A stretch of DNA of 58,581 nt, taken from positions 1 to 58,581 of IMG/VR virus record IMGVR_UViG_3300025732_000046. One strand, written 5' to 3'. The translations under genes and the position numbers were made by a program. Origin of the DNA: a virus. Taxonomy: Duplodnaviria; Caudoviricetes. Below the pieces are notes generated by a model. The model saw only the letters and a program-made list of their open reading frames with translations. It was not told the origin of the DNA and made no database searches. Of the stretch, positions 54,447 through 58,581 are shown in pieces (position 1 is the stretch's first letter; every line of letters starts with the position of its first letter).

Positions 54447-54683
54447 TCAAACTATATTATTTTCTTTAAGATATTGAACAGTGTCAGAACATCCACCAAT
54501 ATGTTTGTCATCAACTATTACTTGAGGAAATGTTGATCCTTTCCCAAATTCTGCATAAAACTCATCACGGGTAAACTCATGATTTAATTTATAAACTACA
54601 TATTGAAGTTTTGCTAACTCCAATACTTGTTGAACCTTTGTGCAATAAGGGCATCCTTCTTTTGAATAAACTGTAAACTTCAT
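54447..54683 (-). CDS. nrdC: Glutaredoxin
   Basis: CPYC active site; TFPQV; IGG. Confidence 0.92.
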   Translation of the reverse strand: MKFTVYSKEGCPYCTKVQQVLELAKLQYVVYKLNHEFTRDEFYAEFGKGSTFPQVIVDDKHIGGCSDTVQYLKENNIV

Positions 54684-54703
54684 ATTTTTTATAAAACTGA
54701 AAA

Positions 54704-55012
54704 TTATTTAGTATTAAGTGGGATCCTTTTATCTTCTTTAAGTTTTAATGGCCCACCATCTAAAAGTTGTTCTTTTCTTGGAGCACAACCATTTTCCTTT
54801 ATATTTGAAACTGCAATATTCGAAGTAGGAAGTTGTTTTGGAATTTTAATATCAACTACAGGTCCCATCAAAAATTTATTACGAGTATAAGATCTGTTTT
54901 GTGGATCAAAAGATACCATTGCAAGAGCATCTTCTTCTAATCCACAATCAACAATTTTTCTGCCCGTTTTAGTTTCAATTACTGAAAAATATTCTTCATT
55001 ATATTTTTTCAT
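54704..55012 (-). CDS. Hypothetical protein
   Basis: MKKYNEEYFSVIETKTGRKIVDCG...; promoter TTTACA-17-TATAAT at 55032-55060. Confidence 0.65.
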   Translation of the reverse strand: MKKYNEEYFSVIETKTGRKIVDCGLEEDALAMVSFDPQNRSYTRNKFLMGPVVDIKIPKQLPTSNIAVSNIKENGCAPRKEQLLDGGPLKLKEDKRIPLNTK

Positions 55013-55121
55013 TTTTAGAAGTCTTTTGCTCATTATATGACTTATGGGGTTTCCTGTAAAGTCCAGGCCAAGTGTCTCTAATTATTTCAGCAAGTTTATA
55101 AGGTGTTGTTGATGTAATCAT
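54999..55121 (-). CDS. Small hypothetical protein (40 aa)
   Basis: MITSTTPYKLAEIIRDTWPGLYRKPHKSYNEQKTSKNEKI; ATGA overlap with the gnd stop. Confidence 0.6.
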   Translation of the reverse strand: MITSTTPYKLAEIIRDTWPGLYRKPHKSYNEQKTSKNEKI

Positions 55122-56161
55122 CTAACGTGGTGTCCTCCAAACATATATCTCATACCATTCAGAATCTTGGCTGCGAAAGTGCCCAGATTGCGTGAATTAA
55201 ATCTTTCATAAAGAGCAGTTGTGATGACAGGAGCGGGAACCCCCAGATCCACAGCAGCATTAACCGTCCACCTACCTTCACCACTATCGGATACCCCTCC
55301 AGAGAAGTTAGAAAGATGTGGGCTGCGGCGCAACACATCAGCAGTAAGATCAAGTAACCAGCTACCAACAACGCTACCACGACGCCATAACTCAGCAACT
55401 TCAGCAACGTCAATATCATAGCAGTAGGATTCTGGGTCTGCCATAGGGGCAACCTCTGCGTCTCCTTCTCTGACATACTGTGCTCCGTTGTTGGCATTCT
55501 TGAGAATGTTAAATCCTTCTGCATATGCCTGCATCATACCATATTCAATGCCATTATGCACCATCTTCACAAAATGTCCAGCACCAGGAGGGCCACAGTG
55601 CAACCAACCGTGCTCTGCTGAAGTTACAGATGAGTCAAACTCAGTCCTCTCGGCAGCGTGTACTCCTGGAGCGAGGGCATTAAAAATGCTTTTACAAGTG
55701 GCGACTGCAGTATCTCCACCGCCAACCATAAGACAGTATCCACGATCCAGACCATAAACACCACCGCTAGTACCACAATCAATATATTGGATACCAAACT
55801 TTGCCAAACGTTCTGCTCTCTTCCGACTGTCTTTAAAATTGCTATTGCCATGATCAATAATAATATCTCCTTCACCACAAAATCGTAGTAACTCATTGAT
55901 TGTCTCCTCTACGTTTTCTGCTGGAACAACCATCATAAAAATACCTGGCCCATATTTGTCAGCAACTCCACTTTGTTTATGCTTTACTACTTGAACAAGG
56001 CTTTGTATAGAAGTTGTAATACCATTAACATACCCGTTTTCGTATGCTTCGTTTGCCTTTTCATAGTTTCTCCTGTAACCCCAGACTTCAATACCTGCCC
56101 TCATCATACGACGGGACATTCCTTCACCCATTCGTCCCAGTCCAATTAAACCTACTCTCAT
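55118..56161 (-). CDS. gnd: 6-phosphogluconate dehydrogenase (short form)
   Basis: GLIGLGRMG; DHGN; DCGTSGG; GHFVKMVHNGIEY; DSGEGRW; R..FGGH. Confidence 0.96.
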   Translation of the reverse strand: MRVGLIGLGRMGEGMSRRMMRAGIEVWGYRRNYEKANEAYENGYVNGITTSIQSLVQVVKHKQSGVADKYGPGIFMMVVPAENVEETINELLRFCGEGDIIIDHGNSNFKDSRKRAERLAKFGIQYIDCGTSGGVYGLDRGYCLMVGGGDTAVATCKSIFNALAPGVHAAERTEFDSSVTSAEHGWLHCGPPGAGHFVKMVHNGIEYGMMQAYAEGFNILKNANNGAQYVREGDAEVAPMADPESYCYDIDVAEVAELWRRGSVVGSWLLDLTADVLRRSPHLSNFSGGVSDSGEGRWTVNAAVDLGVPAPVITTALYERFNSRNLGTFAAKILNGMRYMFGGHHVR

Positions 56162-56164
56162 ACT

Positions 56165-56368
56165 TTACTCCCACTCTTCGTAAACTTTTCTGAAATAAGT
56201 ATCAACTTTATTTAAATCATCTAAATGAATATCACAAGTATAGTTATGATCATCGCACCATTGAAGTGCAATTTCGTGAAATTTTTGTTCTATTTTAGTC
56301 CTTTCAACTCCATAAGATCTTGCGAATGAAGACATTATGAAGTTCCAGCACTGATGTTCTTCTTTCAT
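56165..56368 (-). CDS. Hypothetical protein
   Basis: 67 aa, ATGA-coupled between talC and gnd. Confidence 0.7.
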   Translation of the reverse strand: MKEEHQCWNFIMSSFARSYGVERTKIEQKFHEIALQWCDDHNYTCDIHLDDLNKVDTYFRKVYEEWE

Positions 56369-57024
56369 TCTTTATTCTTAAGAACTTCTTCCCAGTCCTT
56401 CTGGAATAAATCAAGACCCTTTTCGGTCATAATGTTCTTATACATTCCCCAGAATACTGTAGGTGGAATAGTAACAACATCAGCACCAGCAAGAGCAGAT
56501 TGTTCTACTTGCCTCACATCACGAATAGATGCTGCGAGAATTTGAGTATATGAACGAGATTGATTGAATGCGCTACGAATATTTTTAATCAGTTCAATAC
56601 CATCCACAGAGTTATCCATCCAACGTCCAACAAATGGCGAGATATATGTTGCTCCTGCTTTTGATGCAAGTATTGCCTGTGCAACAGAAAATACCAAAGT
56701 TACATTGGTTTGAATTCCTTGTCCAGAAAGAAACTTACAAGCCTTTAGTCCTTCTACAGTACAAGGAACTTTGATTGTAACTGATGGTGCAATTGAATAA
56801 TACTTTTGTGCTTGTGAAAGCATTTCTTCTGCATCATCCGCAACAACCTCTGCAGAAATACTTGTCAAATCTGGAAATACATGTGATATATTTTCAATAA
56901 CTTCTTTTAATTGCCTTCCACTTTTAAGAATCAAAGTGGGATTTGTAGTGACTCCATCCAATAGTCCAGTATCATATGCTGGACCAATCATATCAACATC
57001 TGCTGTGTCTAAAAAGATCTTCAT
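56365..57024 (-). CDS. talC: Transaldolase TalC
   Basis: MKIFLDTAD; GVTTNPT; IKVP; NVTLVFS; YISPFVGR; LAASIR. Confidence 0.96.
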   Translation of the reverse strand: MKIFLDTADVDMIGPAYDTGLLDGVTTNPTLILKSGRQLKEVIENISHVFPDLTSISAEVVADDAEEMLSQAQKYYSIAPSVTIKVPCTVEGLKACKFLSGQGIQTNVTLVFSVAQAILASKAGATYISPFVGRWMDNSVDGIELIKNIRSAFNQSRSYTQILAASIRDVRQVEQSALAGADVVTIPPTVFWGMYKNIMTEKGLDLFQKDWEEVLKNKE

Positions 57025-57098
57025 AAAAGAAAAAGAACTCATAAGTAATTATACGGAGTTCTTTTTTACTGTCATCAAAATGTTATGGATTGAACATA

Positions 57099-57173
57099 TT
57101 AAAAGTCTTGAGTAAGGGACATTACAAACATAAAAACTCCAAAGAGTATGAAGACTGTAAGAATGAAGAACAT
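57099..57173 (-). CDS. Tiny membrane peptide (24 aa)
   Basis: MFFILTVFILFGVFMFVMSLTQDF. Confidence 0.5.
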   Translation of the reverse strand: MFFILTVFILFGVFMFVMSLTQDF

Positions 57174-57177
57174 ATGC

Positions 57178-57297
57178 CTAAAAGTACATCATTGAAAGAG
57201 TGAATATGACAAATATGATAACTGTAAACATCATAATTCCTACTCCTGCCCAGATTACCCAAGGTTCCATAGGTTCGTGTTGAGGATGGTGAGACAT
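57178..57297 (-). CDS. Tiny membrane peptide (39 aa)
   Basis: MSHHPQHEPMEPWVIWAGVGIMMFTVIIFVIFTLSMMYF. Confidence 0.65.
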   Translation of the reverse strand: MSHHPQHEPMEPWVIWAGVGIMMFTVIIFVIFTLSMMYF

Positions 57298-57298
57298 A

Positions 57299-57820
57299 TT
57301 ATTGGTGCTTTTGTAGGTATTTAACTGCGTTAGTTAATGTACTAATATTATCACCAACCAATCCTAACATTCTATTACAATTACTACAAAGCAATCCACG
57401 AACTTTCCCCGTCTTATGGTTGTGGTCTACATAAAGATTGTTACTATCTTTTCTACCATTAGTATTTGGATTTAGACAAATAGCACATACTTCGTTCTGC
57501 TCTTGTAACACATTTTTGTACTGTTCTAAACCAAAGTCTTCTCCATAAGTATATTTTAACATATAGTCTTTCTTTTCATCATAAGAAGGTCGTTTGTCCT
57601 TATAGTCTTTGCTATAACAATCCTTACATCTTTTATGACCTTTATAATACTCATCAATAAGTTTTTCTACACCACATTTATTGCAGACAATATGACTTTT
57701 ACTTGCCCAGTTTTCAGCATAAGTTTTCTCTTCACATCTCATACACCTCCTACGACCTTCTCTAAAATCAGAGGAAGGAAGTTCTTGTGTGCAGGTTCTA
57801 CAAATTTTAGTGGTTCTCAT
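57299..57820 (-). mobile_element. Free-standing endonuclease VII-family homing endonuclease (F-CphI-like)
   Basis: N-terminal CxxC repeats; CAIC...YVDHNHKTGKVRGLLCSNCNRMLG; directly downstream of psbA; TATAAATA at 57842-57849. Confidence 0.85.
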
Positions 57821-57863
57821 TATGGTATTTAATCTTTTAACTATTTATAAAATATTAAACTCC

Positions 57864-57900
57864 ATTATAACATAAAAAAAGAGACCCGTAAAGGGTCTCT
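57864..57900 (-). terminator. psbA terminator overlapping a promoter-like sequence
   Basis: AGAGACCC-TTTAC-GGGTCTCT plus T7; TTTACG-17 nt-TATAAT. Confidence 0.8.
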
Positions 57901-57907
57901 AATTTTA

Positions 57908-58581
<674 letters not shown>

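Noticed and set aside
55159-55896. Overlapping ORFs within gnd
   Set aside because: Frame and antisense shadows of a GC-richer conserved gene

Overview
A 58.6 kb, AT-rich segment of a T4-like cyanomyovirus, probably a freshwater type infecting picocyanobacteria (Synechococcus/Cyanobium). Almost all genes are on the minus strand. In window order: (1) a ~21 kb tail-fibre/virion island (1-21 kb) with Gly-X-Gln collagen fibres, S74-chaperone fibres and a duplicated three-gene module, interrupted by a pair of 2OG-Fe(II) oxygenases; (2) an accessory island (21-23.6 kb) with a Mom-like DNA-modifying enzyme, another oxygenase, tRNA-Thr(UGU) and a tRNA-Leu(UAA) split by a very compact 198-nt group I intron; (3) the baseplate/tail cluster (gp5 pieces, PA14 protein, CP12, gp27-like, three paralogous hub/tape-measure proteins carrying cell-wall enzymes, gp51, gp26, gp54-like, then gp4, gp2, gp48 and gp53 on the plus strand); (4) replication/transcription genes (gp32, HNH endonuclease, gp59, gp33, exonuclease, phoH, thyX); (5) an auxiliary metabolic region (NtcA-like site, tandem glutamine riboswitch and DUF4278 peptide; speD; glutaredoxin; gnd; talC), ending in the 3' part of psbA. 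psbA carries a 223-nt group I intron in codon L297 and is followed by a free-standing EndoVII/F-CphI-like homing endonuclease. The most notable items are the minimal tRNA intron, the nitrogen-sensing module, the psbA intron/endonuclease pair with a recoded D1 C-terminus, a tail-fibre domain inserted in gp53, a candidate small RNA, and a homologous intergenic element present twice 26 kb apart. All family calls come from motif recognition by eye; no database search was run.
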